Shown one piece after another: positions 9,181-18,242 of a DNA stretch of 64,000 bases. The stretch covers positions 17,571 through 81,570 of the forward strand of contig JBDKUN010000021.1 in the NCBI GenBank assembly GCA_039679675.1, given 5' to 3'. Numbering within the stretch: the stretch's first letter is position 1; each line of letters starts with the position of its first letter. The stretch comes from Armatimonadota bacterium (GTDB lineage: Bacteria; Armatimonadota; UBA5829; DTLH01). Position numbers and translations under genes: made by a program. Below the pieces are notes generated by a model. The model did no database searches. It was given only the letters and a program-made list of their open reading frames with translations, and was not told the origin of the DNA.

Positions 9181-9545
9181 TGTAATGAATACTAAGAGCG
9201 GCAAGCAGTAAATTCGCTAAACTAAAATAAGCCGCCAAACTGGATTCTGTAGTGGAAGCCGAAAAGAGTTAGTCCTTAAGGCTATAGAGTGGGTTGACTA
9301 GTTACAACAGGGGAACCTGCATCTTCTACCACACTTCCTCAGAAATACCAGTAGTATCCAGCACCACCATTACACTGTGAAAGGTTGACAGGTGTCCGAG
9401 TTGCAGTTATATTCCGGATACTTCAACATAGCTGGGAAGATCGACAAAGAGGCAGCACGCCCTCGAATTGCCACGAGTCTTCTACGCGCATATTACACAG
9501 TCCTTCTCGGAGGTGAATCGCGCTAACCAAACCGGCGCAACTGGT
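9181..9545 (+). ncRNA. Candidate structured non-coding RNA or long leader (unassigned)
   Basis: Starts just after the sigma70 promoter; no ORF >=60 aa; multiple stems (TGTAATG/CATTACA, GCGGC/GCCGC, ACTGG..TTCTG/CAGAA..CCAGT, GAAGA/TCTTC, ACCGG-CGCAA-CTGGT). Confidence 0.3.
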
Positions 9546-9598
9546 CCAAGCTTAATCATATAATTATTCCCATACTGAAATCACGCTCTAATTGCGAA

Positions 9599-9615
9599 TT
9601 GGCATGTTTTTTGCA
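9599..9615 (+). promoter_or_regulatory. sigma54 (-24/-12) promoter 1
   Basis: TTGGCATGTTTTTTGCA, GG-N10-GC. Confidence 0.75.
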
Positions 9616-9720
9616 CAATTATTAACTGTAGCCGAGTTTCAGTAAGGGATAATATAAAAACAAAGTTTTTCAAAGCTTGTGATCAAATATCCCAAACTGA
9701 AATCGAGCTTAACAAGAGAA

Positions 9721-9737
9721 TTGGCATAGAACTTGCA
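9721..9737 (+). promoter_or_regulatory. sigma54 (-24/-12) promoter 2
   Basis: TTGGCATAGAACTTGCA, GG-N10-GC. Confidence 0.8.
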
Positions 9738-9849
9738 CAATAATCTAGTGAAGTAGTAAAGAGGTTTCGGAAAGGGGGAGAACAAATTGACCACAAGAAG
9801 AAGCGACAAAGTCGCAATTTCCGAAAAGAAGAGAGGAGGAGGTGAAAGA

Positions 9850-10521
9850 ATGAAGAAGGTAATAGGAATAGTATTGGTGATGGGGTTGTTGCTGGGAATC
9901 ACCAGCGTAGCAATGGCTGATTCAACTAACTGGGTTATGAAAGTAACTGCAAGTAAGACGGATGGGACGTATTCTGGAGTAACCACTCAGTTTGGGTGGA
10001 GATCAGGCTACACTGACGGTATTGACACCGCCAAGAATGAGCTCGTTGCTCCGCCGGATCCGGTTACTGGTGACTCACTTGCTTACTGCGTAGCTCAGCT
10101 TGGTGTGGATAAGTCTATTAGTAAATATGACTTCCGCCAATCATTGTCTGCAAGGTCGGCGATAACAGCAGCTACGCCCCTCGTTTGGACGTTTGCTATT
10201 TATTCTAAGGGTCCGGCTACCATTGATCCGATTATGCTGAAGATCGAGCCTACAACTTACGCTTGGACTTCTGATCAGGGTACAGGTAAAGATCCGCTTG
10301 TGTTGTCATTCGCAACATCAACCGGTTTCTCGAAGACCTTCAATCCTAGTGATACACTTAGTGCATTCACGTTCAATGTATCCGGCCCTGCCACTATGAC
10401 GGTAACAGTAGCACCGAAGTCTGCAACACCGCCGGTTAATACGCCTGAGCCGGGCAGCATGCTCGCACTCGGAAGCGGACTCGTAGGCCTTATGGGCTTC
10501 GCAATCCGCCGCAGGAAGTAA
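9850..10521 (+). CDS. PEP-CTERM sorting-domain surface protein
   Basis: AGGAGGTGA RBS; signal peptide ending AMA; C-terminal TPEPGSMLALGSGLVGLMGFAIRRRK (PEP + TM + basic tail). Confidence 0.92.
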   Translation: MKKVIGIVLVMGLLLGITSVAMADSTNWVMKVTASKTDGTYSGVTTQFGWRSGYTDGIDTAKNELVAPPDPVTGDSLAYCVAQLGVDKSISKYDFRQSLSARSAITAATPLVWTFAIYSKGPATIDPIMLKIEPTTYAWTSDQGTGKDPLVLSFATSTGFSKTFNPSDTLSAFTFNVSGPATMTVTVAPKSATPPVNTPEPGSMLALGSGLVGLMGFAIRRRK

Positions 10522-10560
10522 GAGAAATACTTACACAGGGATTTATTCCTAAAAACAATT

Positions 10561-10599
10561 GCCACCGGGTCGCTTTAAACCCGGCCCGGTGGTTTTTTC
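10561..10599 (+). terminator. Intrinsic terminator
   Basis: GCCACCGGGTCG..CGGCCCGGTGGT followed by a T-run. Confidence 0.8.
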
Positions 10600-10862
10600 A
10601 AAAGCCAGAAGCCTTATTATCAATAAATATGCTGTAGATTGTTTCAAGTTAACTATTTCAATTATCGCACTTATATCTACTCTATTTACTTGCACTAATT
10701 TTACATTGAACTGGTCTTTTAATGAGATGGTTATAAGGTATGTATCTGGGGTGTAGTTTGAAATTCAGAATATACCTTGATAATCTTTTAATGAGAGAGA
10801 GGGAGGTGAAGGCAATGAAAAGATCTATATCTAATCGTAATATTCAGAGAGGAGGTGATACA

Positions 10863-11543
10863 ATGCGAAGAGTAGTTCTAGTTGCCGTTCTTGCACTGTT
10901 CGTGGTTTGCGTAGGTGCAGTAAATGCTGAAACGGTCAGCACAACTTTATATCCAGGATTTAACTTGGTTGGTCCGGCTGCTGTGCCGCTCGATCCTAGT
11001 CCTACGACTGTCTTCAAGAGTAATGCAGGTGCAGCTTTAGATCTGTCCAACCTTGTTCGTTATGACTCGGTACTTAAAAGTTACATCAGCTATGATGAGC
11101 TTTTCCCTGAGGATTACGGTAATGTATTGCTCGGTGAGGGTGCTTGGTTAGCCCAGAGTAGTCAGATTGTATGGCAGTATGATGGCGCTCCTAATGGATT
11201 AGGGGATACCCAAGGCAACAACAAGACTGATATGTGGATTTCCCTGCCAAAAGCAGGATTCAGTCTTATTGGAAACCCATTCAACAACAAAGTGATGTTA
11301 GCTAATATAAAAGTAACTAACGGATCAACTACTGTTGGTTGGGATGAGGCAGTTGGCCTTTGCTGGCTTGATACTACAATGACCGGCTATGATGGAGTTA
11401 CCCACAGTTACTTTGACGTAGGAACTGATGATGTTCTTTTCGATCACGTAACATTGGATCCGTTCCATGGTTATTGGATACACAGCAGCATTGATAATCT
11501 GGCGCTGATCATTCCTGCATCTGCAATCGTTGTTGCTCAGTAA
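10863..11543 (+). CDS. Secreted hypothetical protein with two internal GF(N/S)L(V/I)GxP...G(A/Y)W repeats
   Basis: AGGAGGTGA RBS; signal peptide; repeats LYPGFNLVGP..GEGAW and PKAGFSLIGNP..FHGYW. A second in-frame RBS+ATG lies at 10815. Confidence 0.8.
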   Translation: MRRVVLVAVLALFVVCVGAVNAETVSTTLYPGFNLVGPAAVPLDPSPTTVFKSNAGAALDLSNLVRYDSVLKSYISYDELFPEDYGNVLLGEGAWLAQSSQIVWQYDGAPNGLGDTQGNNKTDMWISLPKAGFSLIGNPFNNKVMLANIKVTNGSTTVGWDEAVGLCWLDTTMTGYDGVTHSYFDVGTDDVLFDHVTLDPFHGYWIHSSIDNLALIIPASAIVVAQ

Positions 11544-11639
11544 TTTGCAGATTGCAAACTAAAAGGCAGTAAGTAACACAAGTTGAAATTAGAAATATCC
11601 GGCCACTACGGAATTAATTAGGGCAAAAGTCCCTTTAGG

Positions 11640-11671
11640 GAGGGTGGCTCTTGAGAGCCACCCTCTTTTTT
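11640..11671 (+). terminator. Intrinsic terminator
   Basis: GAGGGTGGCTC-TTGA-GAGCCACCCTC-TTTTTT. Confidence 0.85.
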
Positions 11672-11821
11672 CATGCCATTTTTCGACCCAGGCCGCGTTG
11701 GTATTCCCCATTTTCGATCCCAGAGAAAAACGCGAACTTTCCGCAGGCCGCAATCGTCTAGTAATTAAAGACATTACCGATAATTATGGTATATAGCGGC
11801 ATGGATGCCGGGGAAGGCAGC

Positions 11822-12316
11822 ATGATGATAAAAAACACTCTTACAATGATACTTACCGCACTCGCGGTGCTTGCAGTAGCGGCAGTTGCCCTAGCAGAGA
11901 CGCCTTCGCCTCTTGCAATGACCAATAAAACCCTCGGGGGCGGACAGCTTAACGCTTATACTCCCGGAGTCGAGGGCGGCATGGGGCTTAATAACATCGG
12001 GCTCCTTGTCAAAACCTGCGGCGTTGTAACTTATTGCGACGATACGAACAAGTTTTTCTATATTAACGATGGCTCCGGTCTGAAAGACGGCACCCAGAAG
12101 CTGGATGGGACGGATGTAATCGGCGTAAGGGTCTCCTATAAGGACCTTGCCCCCAATGTCTCCTTCACTCACCCGACACAAGGGGCATGGGTTACGATAA
12201 CAGGCATCAGCAGCACGAGCGAGATATCAGTAGATAACGCAACAAGGATAGTCCCTACACTCATGCCGAGAAAGCAGGCGGATGTGCTGGAATCAAGTGT
12301 TGGCGGCCTTCCGTAG
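11822..12316 (+). CDS. Secreted hypothetical protein, OB-fold-like (GLNNIGLLVKTCGVVT...FFYINDGS)
   Basis: Signal peptide ending ALA; G-x-V-T, FYIxDG and VTITGI pattern typical of extracellular OB-fold modules. Confidence 0.7.
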   Translation: MMIKNTLTMILTALAVLAVAAVALAETPSPLAMTNKTLGGGQLNAYTPGVEGGMGLNNIGLLVKTCGVVTYCDDTNKFFYINDGSGLKDGTQKLDGTDVIGVRVSYKDLAPNVSFTHPTQGAWVTITGISSTSEISVDNATRIVPTLMPRKQADVLESSVGGLP

Positions 12317-12323
12317 GAAGCTG

Positions 12324-13268
12324 CTATTTTCCTATCAGCTCTGATACAGTTACCAGTTCGTATCCTCTGGCGCGGAGTCCATCTATGATTTCCGGCAGTG
12401 CATCTACGGTCGGACTGCTTCCGCAGTGCATAAGGACAATCGAGCCGTCCTGCGACCGGTCGAGCACACGGTCCCTTATCTCGTCTGCCGCGATACCCTT
12501 CTTGAACGCATCCCAGCTATCGACCGTCCAATATACTGACCGGTAGCCCTCATCATGCGCTACAGACAGCACGCGGGAATCACGCGCTCCGAACGGCGCC
12601 CGGAAGAGCGGCTTGGTTGAGATTCCAGCCGTAGACTGCACCAATTCTTCTGTCCTTGCCAACTGTTCCCGGATCTCATCATCCGTCAACTTCCTAAGGT
12701 CTGGGTGGGAATAAGTGTGGTTGCCGATCTCATGCCCAGCGGCAGCTATCTGCCGCGTAAGCTCTCTGTTGCCTTCTACCCACTTTCCCGTAAGAAAGAA
12801 GGTCGCTCTGACGCCTTTCGACGCCAATATCCTAAGGAGTGCCGGTGTGGGCTTAGGGCTCGCTCCTGCGTCGAATGTGAGGGCTATCCTCCCTCCACCA
12901 GTCTGACCCTGTCTAAATTCAAGGGTGGAGCCAACAAACTGCCTGCCAGTACGTTTTGGAGCCGCCTCCCCTGCCCCACGGCTATTTGGAGTGACTTCCG
13001 TCACCGTCACATCAGTATCTTTGGGTTTCTCGCGCGATGGGGGTTCTTCTTTATCTACCTGAGCATTACTCTTCTCTGTACCTGTTGGCATCTCAGCAGA
13101 AGACGGCGTTGACGAGGGCTTATTTACCCTGCTTGTGCTGGACTTGCCGCTTCGCCCGCAAGAGCTGAGAAAAACAACCGAGGCGATTGCTATAAGTACG
13201 ATAACTGCTGTGAGGATTAACCGCTCGCGGCGGCTTTCGCCGCCGCAAGCATTATAAAGCGAGGACAA
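12324..13268 (-). CDS. Polysaccharide/peptidoglycan deacetylase (NodB/CE4), probable lipoprotein
   Basis: LSSC lipobox-like; S/T/P linker; TFDAG, GNHTYSHP, FRAPFG, DSWD, VLMH motifs. Confidence 0.9.
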   Translation of the reverse strand: MSSLYNACGGESRRERLILTAVIVLIAIASVVFLSSCGRSGKSSTSRVNKPSSTPSSAEMPTGTEKSNAQVDKEEPPSREKPKDTDVTVTEVTPNSRGAGEAAPKRTGRQFVGSTLEFRQGQTGGGRIALTFDAGASPKPTPALLRILASKGVRATFFLTGKWVEGNRELTRQIAAAGHEIGNHTYSHPDLRKLTDDEIREQLARTEELVQSTAGISTKPLFRAPFGARDSRVLSVAHDEGYRSVYWTVDSWDAFKKGIAADEIRDRVLDRSQDGSIVLMHCGSSPTVDALPEIIDGLRARGYELVTVSELIGK

Positions 13269-13302
13269 ATTACTACCTCTTGCTATCTGTTGAAGTCACC
13301 TT

Positions 13303-14607
13303 TCACTTGGACGCCTTGCCAGCAGGGATACCGAGTTTCTCCTTAAGGACTTCAATCCCTTTGATCAACTGGACATCCTTCTTGAGATCACCAAACTCTA
13401 TCACGTCTTCGCCGCTCTTGGGTTCTACGCTCGCAACGAAGACATCCGGCTTCACTCCGACCTTATTGATGTCCCTGCCCTTGGGAGTAAGGTACTTAGC
13501 CGTAGTGATTGCAACGGCCGATCCGTCATTCAAGGTCGACACAGTCTGCACGCAGGCTTTTCCGAAAGAGTTCGTACCTACGACCGTGCCTGCCTTGTTG
13601 TCCTGGATAGCGCCTGTGACTATCTCGGACGCGCTGGCACTCTGTTTATCTACAAGCACTACCAGCGGATAGCGCTTATGATTGTGCTTCGAATTTTCGA
13701 CGCAGAGTGCTTCCTCCTGGCCGCTCCGATACTTGATAATGACTATAGGGCCGCTCTCAACGAACCTGCTGCCTATATCGACAGCCATATTCAACAGCCC
13801 GCCGGGGTTCTGTCTCAGGTCGAAAACAAGCCCTTTCAACTTTTTATGCTCAAGTTGAGTTATAGCTGACTCGAACTGGCTGTCGCTGTGCTCATTGAAG
13901 CCGCGAAGCCGAATATAACCGATGCCATTGGCCGCATCGAGCATCTTCCACTCGACCATCTGGAACTCGACCATCCTGCGGACAATCGACAACTCGACAA
14001 GCTTTTTCTTAGGGCCCCTGAGTAGTGAGAGTTTTACTCTCGTGCCTTCCTCGCCGCGTATCCGGTCCACAACCTGGTCGATATCCAACCCAGCAATCGG
14101 CTTATCGTCTACTTTAAAGATAATATCGCCTGCCTTGACACCTGCGGCGAGGGCGGGACTGTTGGGTATAGGCTCCTTGATGTATACCTGCTGATCCTTA
14201 TTTACCTGAAGCTGCGCGCCGATACCTACGAAGTTACCTTCATTCTCTTCCCTCATCTGCTTGTATGAGTCAGGATCGAGGAACCTGGTATACGGGTCGT
14301 CCAGCGCTGCGAGCATCCCACGAATAGCGCTGTAGGTCAACTGACGATCATCTATGGTCTTGCCGTAATAATCATCTTTGAGCTCGCCCAGCACCTTATA
14401 ATAGGTCGGAAGGACAGGAAGCTCTGTATCGTCGTTCGAAGGCCGGTCGACAAACGTCTTGAGAAGGTCCGGCAGCCGGTTTATTCTCGCCTGAAGATCA
14501 CTCGGATTTCCGCGCGAAGCGCTCACATCCGGGGCAATAAAGCCTACCATAAATGCCGCAATCAGGAGCAGCACGACCGGTAATGTATAATAAATCTTCC
14601 TGGTCAT
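13303..14607 (-). CDS. ctpA: S41A carboxyl-terminal processing protease (CtpA/Prc-like) with PDZ; catalytic Ser/Lys intact
   Basis: LDDPYTRF, FVGIGA, DLRQNPGG, SASASEI, SFGKA motifs. Confidence 0.9.
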   Translation of the reverse strand: MTRKIYYTLPVVLLLIAAFMVGFIAPDVSASRGNPSDLQARINRLPDLLKTFVDRPSNDDTELPVLPTYYKVLGELKDDYYGKTIDDRQLTYSAIRGMLAALDDPYTRFLDPDSYKQMREENEGNFVGIGAQLQVNKDQQVYIKEPIPNSPALAAGVKAGDIIFKVDDKPIAGLDIDQVVDRIRGEEGTRVKLSLLRGPKKKLVELSIVRRMVEFQMVEWKMLDAANGIGYIRLRGFNEHSDSQFESAITQLEHKKLKGLVFDLRQNPGGLLNMAVDIGSRFVESGPIVIIKYRSGQEEALCVENSKHNHKRYPLVVLVDKQSASASEIVTGAIQDNKAGTVVGTNSFGKACVQTVSTLNDGSAVAITTAKYLTPKGRDINKVGVKPDVFVASVEPKSGEDVIEFGDLKKDVQLIKGIEVLKEKLGIPAGKASK

Positions 14608-14613
14608 CCCGGT

Positions 14614-16011
14614 TTACCCTTTAACCTTTCCGGACATAAGCACTTCAATGCCTTTATCAAGCGTCTGGTCCGTGCCTGATTTCGCGCTGTCTGAAACCGT
14701 CACGTCCGCCACGAGTCCCTTATTTCTAAAGTCAACTCCTCGCGGAGTCAAATATTTACCTGTAGTCATACTGACGGCTGAACCATCAGACAATTTCATG
14801 AACGTCTGCTGAAGACTACCGCCGAATGTCTTGCTTCCTACCAGTTTGACACCTGCCCCATCATGGACCGCCGCAGCCAGCACTTCAGAAAGCCCTGTTG
14901 TGCCGGAGTTCACGAGAACAACCGTCTGTCCGGTCCATTGCCCGCCAGCCGGGGCAGCGCTTGCACTTAGAGTCCGGCGCTTGCCCTTGGGAAGCTGCAG
15001 AATGGAAAGCGGCTTCTTCGGTATCAGATTACCGGCAATCGCCTCTGCGCTTTCGAGTGAGCCCCCAGGAGAATCTCTGAGATCGATCACTATTTTCTTG
15101 ACGCCCTGTTTTTTGAAACCGGCAATCGCACTACTAAACTCAGATTCAGCCGGTTTTATGATCAGGTTCAGGTCGATGTATCCGACGGAAGGGTTTACCA
15201 ACCGCTCAGTGACAGGATCGACTACCGTCTCGCCCAGGGTCACCTTGATCTTGACCGGACTTGCAACCTTTGGTCTGGCTACCGTGAGAACATACTCTTT
15301 CGCATCATTGCTTGAGAGCATATCGATAACCTTGTGGAACCCTATTCCATCCTTGAGCCGGTCGTTTTCATTCTCAAGCTGTTTTCTGAACTCCTGGTCG
15401 GTCATCTTCCCATTTTTGAGCAATTTCACATATCTTTCGACGCGCTGGAAAGGATCGTATGGCAAAACAGCTTTTCCGTCGATCTTGGTGATGACATCGC
15501 CATCCATCAGGCCAGCTTTCTCAGCAGGGCTGCCCGGAAGCGTACTTGTCACGACCAATTTCTCTTCGGTTATCCCGCCCTGCTTGTCCTGCCTCACCGA
15601 CATAACTGCTCCGGTCCCGTAGAACTTGCCGGACTGAGCTTCGGAGACCATTTTGGCCTGATCGACGGCAAAAAACCTGGTTTGTGGATCGTGAAGAGAA
15701 TCGAGCATGGCGTTCAATGCTCCATAGGTCATATCATGCTCGCGGCTCTTCTGAATCGGCTCCACAAACTCCTCGCGCAGCTGAGAGAGGACCTGATAAA
15801 ACACCTGCATCGGACGTAGGTCCACATCCGAACGCGGAGTAATATCTGTCGGGGATGTGCTCGGCGCGGATGCCGAAAGTGAGCGGGACAGGACCTCCTC
15901 ATGCTGGATTTTAGCAATCGGATCATTCCGGTCTACCTGCGACCGCGCTATGAACCCTGCAGCCATAGCCACTATGACAAGACAAACTAAGGCGAATCGC
16001 TTCATACGCAT
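14614..16011 (-). CDS. S41 protease homologue lacking the catalytic Ser and Lys (pseudoprotease), PDZ with ~40 aa insertion
   Basis: LHDPQTRF and DLRDSPGG conserved; GTTGLSE in place of xSASASE and TFGGS in place of (T/S)FGK. Confidence 0.85.
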   Translation of the reverse strand: MRMKRFALVCLVIVAMAAGFIARSQVDRNDPIAKIQHEEVLSRSLSASAPSTSPTDITPRSDVDLRPMQVFYQVLSQLREEFVEPIQKSREHDMTYGALNAMLDSLHDPQTRFFAVDQAKMVSEAQSGKFYGTGAVMSVRQDKQGGITEEKLVVTSTLPGSPAEKAGLMDGDVITKIDGKAVLPYDPFQRVERYVKLLKNGKMTDQEFRKQLENENDRLKDGIGFHKVIDMLSSNDAKEYVLTVARPKVASPVKIKVTLGETVVDPVTERLVNPSVGYIDLNLIIKPAESEFSSAIAGFKKQGVKKIVIDLRDSPGGSLESAEAIAGNLIPKKPLSILQLPKGKRRTLSASAAPAGGQWTGQTVVLVNSGTTGLSEVLAAAVHDGAGVKLVGSKTFGGSLQQTFMKLSDGSAVSMTTGKYLTPRGVDFRNKGLVADVTVSDSAKSGTDQTLDKGIEVLMSGKVKG

Positions 16012-16068
16012 CTTTAGTCACTTTCCTAATGATGGACGTGGTTCGGATCCGCCGCAGTCCCAATTTTT

Positions 16069-16147
16069 TATGGATTTTCGGCAATCGTATGCCAACTACT
16101 GCCGAGAATCGCCTGGGAGAGCTTCAGTTGTCGCCTGAAACCCAATA
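16069..16147. mobile_element. TA-flanked MITE-like element, divergent copy in the 5' leader of the S41 operon
   Basis: TA-TGGATTTTCGGC...GCCGAGAATC...GAGCTTCAG...CTGAAACCCAA-TA; same architecture as 27499-27563. Confidence 0.6.
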
Positions 16148-16236
16148 AGATGCCAGCCTTCGCTGCGGATTTCTGAACCCAAATTACTACGAGAAAAGAG
16201 TCTGCGAAAGCTGTGACAGCCTTCGCACCTCTTAGC

Positions 16237-16264
16237 ATTATACCATAGGCCAAACCACTGTCAA
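16237..16264 (-). promoter_or_regulatory. sigma70 promoter of the S41-S41-deacetylase operon
   Basis: TTGACA-N16-TATAAT with TG extension on the minus strand. Confidence 0.8.
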
Positions 16265-16284
16265 CAATTGTGAAAAAATGAAAA

Positions 16285-16482
16285 CTAATCTCCGTCTGTA
16301 CTCAGCAGGTCTTTCGTCCGCTTGAGCATATCGGACTGGCTCTCCTTTTCCTTCTGCAGCTTGCGGACTTCAGCCAGATCGATATAGACCTTGCCGAGCC
16401 CTTCAATATCTGTCCGTGAGAAATCAAGGACAAGCCAGCCATCTTCACTGGTTTTACCCTCATAGCTCGTTACAACCTGCAT
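16285..16482 (-). CDS. Small hypothetical protein (~65 aa)
   Basis: AAGGGA RBS before ATG CAG GTT; beta-strand pattern followed by a charged helix. Confidence 0.6.
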   Translation of the reverse strand: MQVVTSYEGKTSEDGWLVLDFSRTDIEGLGKVYIDLAEVRKLQKEKESQSDMLKRTKDLLSTDGD

Positions 16483-16706
16483 CTTTTCCCTTGAAAATAG
16501 CATCTCAAGTCTCCTATTTACCGGCAATGAATATATTATCCGCATACCTCACCACAAAAGCAACCGTAATCTGGCCGTACAGAAGAAACAGCCCCGACTC
16601 TAATTTGTATATAATACGGAAACGAATAAAGCAGTCTTATCAGGATGAAATGCCTCGATTAGAAGGCATTATTTCCATGGAAAGGACAAAGGAGGAAAAA
16701 ATCCGA

Positions 16707-18068
16707 TTGAAAAAGCGTTTATCTGTATCGATCCTGCTCCTGGCTCTTGCAACAGGAGTTGCGTGCTCGGCTCCCGCAGCTAAAAAGGTGGCGAAACCTG
16801 CCCCTGCGAAATCTCTCCCGGCTGTAATGCAGGCCACCGGGACTTTCGATGGAGGAGAACTATTAGCAAAGGTCTCCATTTTCGCCGCGCCGGATGAGTC
16901 CGAACCGGCATCATTTACTATAAAGTCGCCGAAAGCTTTCTCATGCGTGACAGTAAAGCTGTCCGGCGACCTGAATGCGGGAAAGACTTCAATACCTGCA
17001 AGCCGGGTCGTGCTCTCGGCAGTCGAAGAGACAAAACTAGCGCCAATATCGTCTTTTGAGCTTCAGCCGGGAAATGCAAAGCGGTTCTGGATGAGGATCG
17101 ATGTGCCCGCCCGCACAGCAGCAGGGCTCTATAAAGGCACTTTATCAGCATCAGCAAACGGAAAAGTCATCGGTAAGCTGCCGGTCGAGCTGAATGTGCT
17201 CGGAATACGGCTACTCAAGACATCCAAGCGAAACGGTATCATGATGCCGCAGGTCGAAGCGATTGATGAGACTTATACCCAGGCACTTCAGTCAATGAAA
17301 GATTGCGGTTTCGGATGGGCAACAATCACCACGCCGGTCGCCCAGCTTGGCGATACTGTGGGAATTATGAAGCAGGCCGGAACCGCCGGGCTTCCGATAA
17401 TATGCGCATCCTCTGACCTTACACCGGACACCATAACAGTAGCCTGTGAGCAGGCGAAATCGGTATCGCTCAGGAATATGCTTCTGTCTGCAGCAAACGG
17501 GCCTAAAACTCCTGAGGAGATTCAGGCTGCGTGCGATATGTCCCAGGCAATTCACAACGTCAAGCAGAAATCCTTCGCGGTAATCGACGATGAGGCGGCG
17601 CTCAGCCAGCTTAGCGGGTCGCTCGATGCCATCGACTACAAATTGGACCTCTCTTATGTCCAGGGGCTGATGGCCGGAGCAAAAAGAACCGGCGGTAAAA
17701 ATGAATGGGTGTATTGGAATGCTGTTGCAAGCCCCAAAGACAACCGCGTTTACTCAGGGTTTCTGCTCTGGAAGTCAGGGCTTGATGGAATGTATCTGCC
17801 GATGCCCTCTTTGGATTCGTTGACCGGCACGGTGCAGTGGGAAGCGCTTCGTGAAGGGATTGATGATACACGTTATCTCACAACACTCATGGACCTCGTT
17901 CGGCAGGCCAAGGACCTCAAAAAAGCCGGGGATGTCACAGATGCTGCCGAGGCTTATGTGAATGCGGTGTTTGCAAAACCGCTTACGGAGATGTCGAACA
18001 AAGATTATCAGGGTTATAGATTGCAGATCGCGCAGTACATAATGAAGCTTCAAACAGTTGCAAAGTAG
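16707..18068 (+). CDS. Secreted DUF4091/GH123-like glycoside-hydrolase-domain protein
   Basis: AGGAGG RBS + TTG; signal peptide; N-terminal Ig-like region (FWMRIDVP..AGLYKGTL); C-terminal WEALREGIDDTRYL. Confidence 0.65.
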   Translation: MKKRLSVSILLLALATGVACSAPAAKKVAKPAPAKSLPAVMQATGTFDGGELLAKVSIFAAPDESEPASFTIKSPKAFSCVTVKLSGDLNAGKTSIPASRVVLSAVEETKLAPISSFELQPGNAKRFWMRIDVPARTAAGLYKGTLSASANGKVIGKLPVELNVLGIRLLKTSKRNGIMMPQVEAIDETYTQALQSMKDCGFGWATITTPVAQLGDTVGIMKQAGTAGLPIICASSDLTPDTITVACEQAKSVSLRNMLLSAANGPKTPEEIQAACDMSQAIHNVKQKSFAVIDDEAALSQLSGSLDAIDYKLDLSYVQGLMAGAKRTGGKNEWVYWNAVASPKDNRVYSGFLLWKSGLDGMYLPMPSLDSLTGTVQWEALREGIDDTRYLTTLMDLVRQAKDLKKAGDVTDAAEAYVNAVFAKPLTEMSNKDYQGYRLQIAQYIMKLQTVAK

Positions 18069-18080
18069 TTTGACTTAGCA

Positions 18081-18113
18081 AAAAGCCGGTCTGTCTTGAA
18101 ATGGACCGGCTTC
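18081..18113 (+). terminator. Intrinsic terminator (possibly bidirectional)
   Basis: AAGCCGGTC..GACCGGCTT stem. Confidence 0.65.
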
Positions 18114-18242
18114 TCGACCTTGGCCCTTTTTGCAATAAAAAGGGTTGGTTATGGTTCTGCTAGTTATACCATAATCTGCTAACAAGGTGTCCACTAAATA
18201 GGATACAGTGCCAAACAAGGCAACACAAGCGGAGGAGGTAGT

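Noticed and set aside
9181..9374. RNase P RNA or tmRNA
   Set aside because: The minus strand has GAGGAAGT and ACAGAA fragments but no P4 pairing. There are no tRNA-like ends and no tag peptide ending in Ala-Ala.
18120..18134. sigma54 promoter before the ankyrin gene
   Set aside because: GG and GC are separated by 8 nt, not 10.
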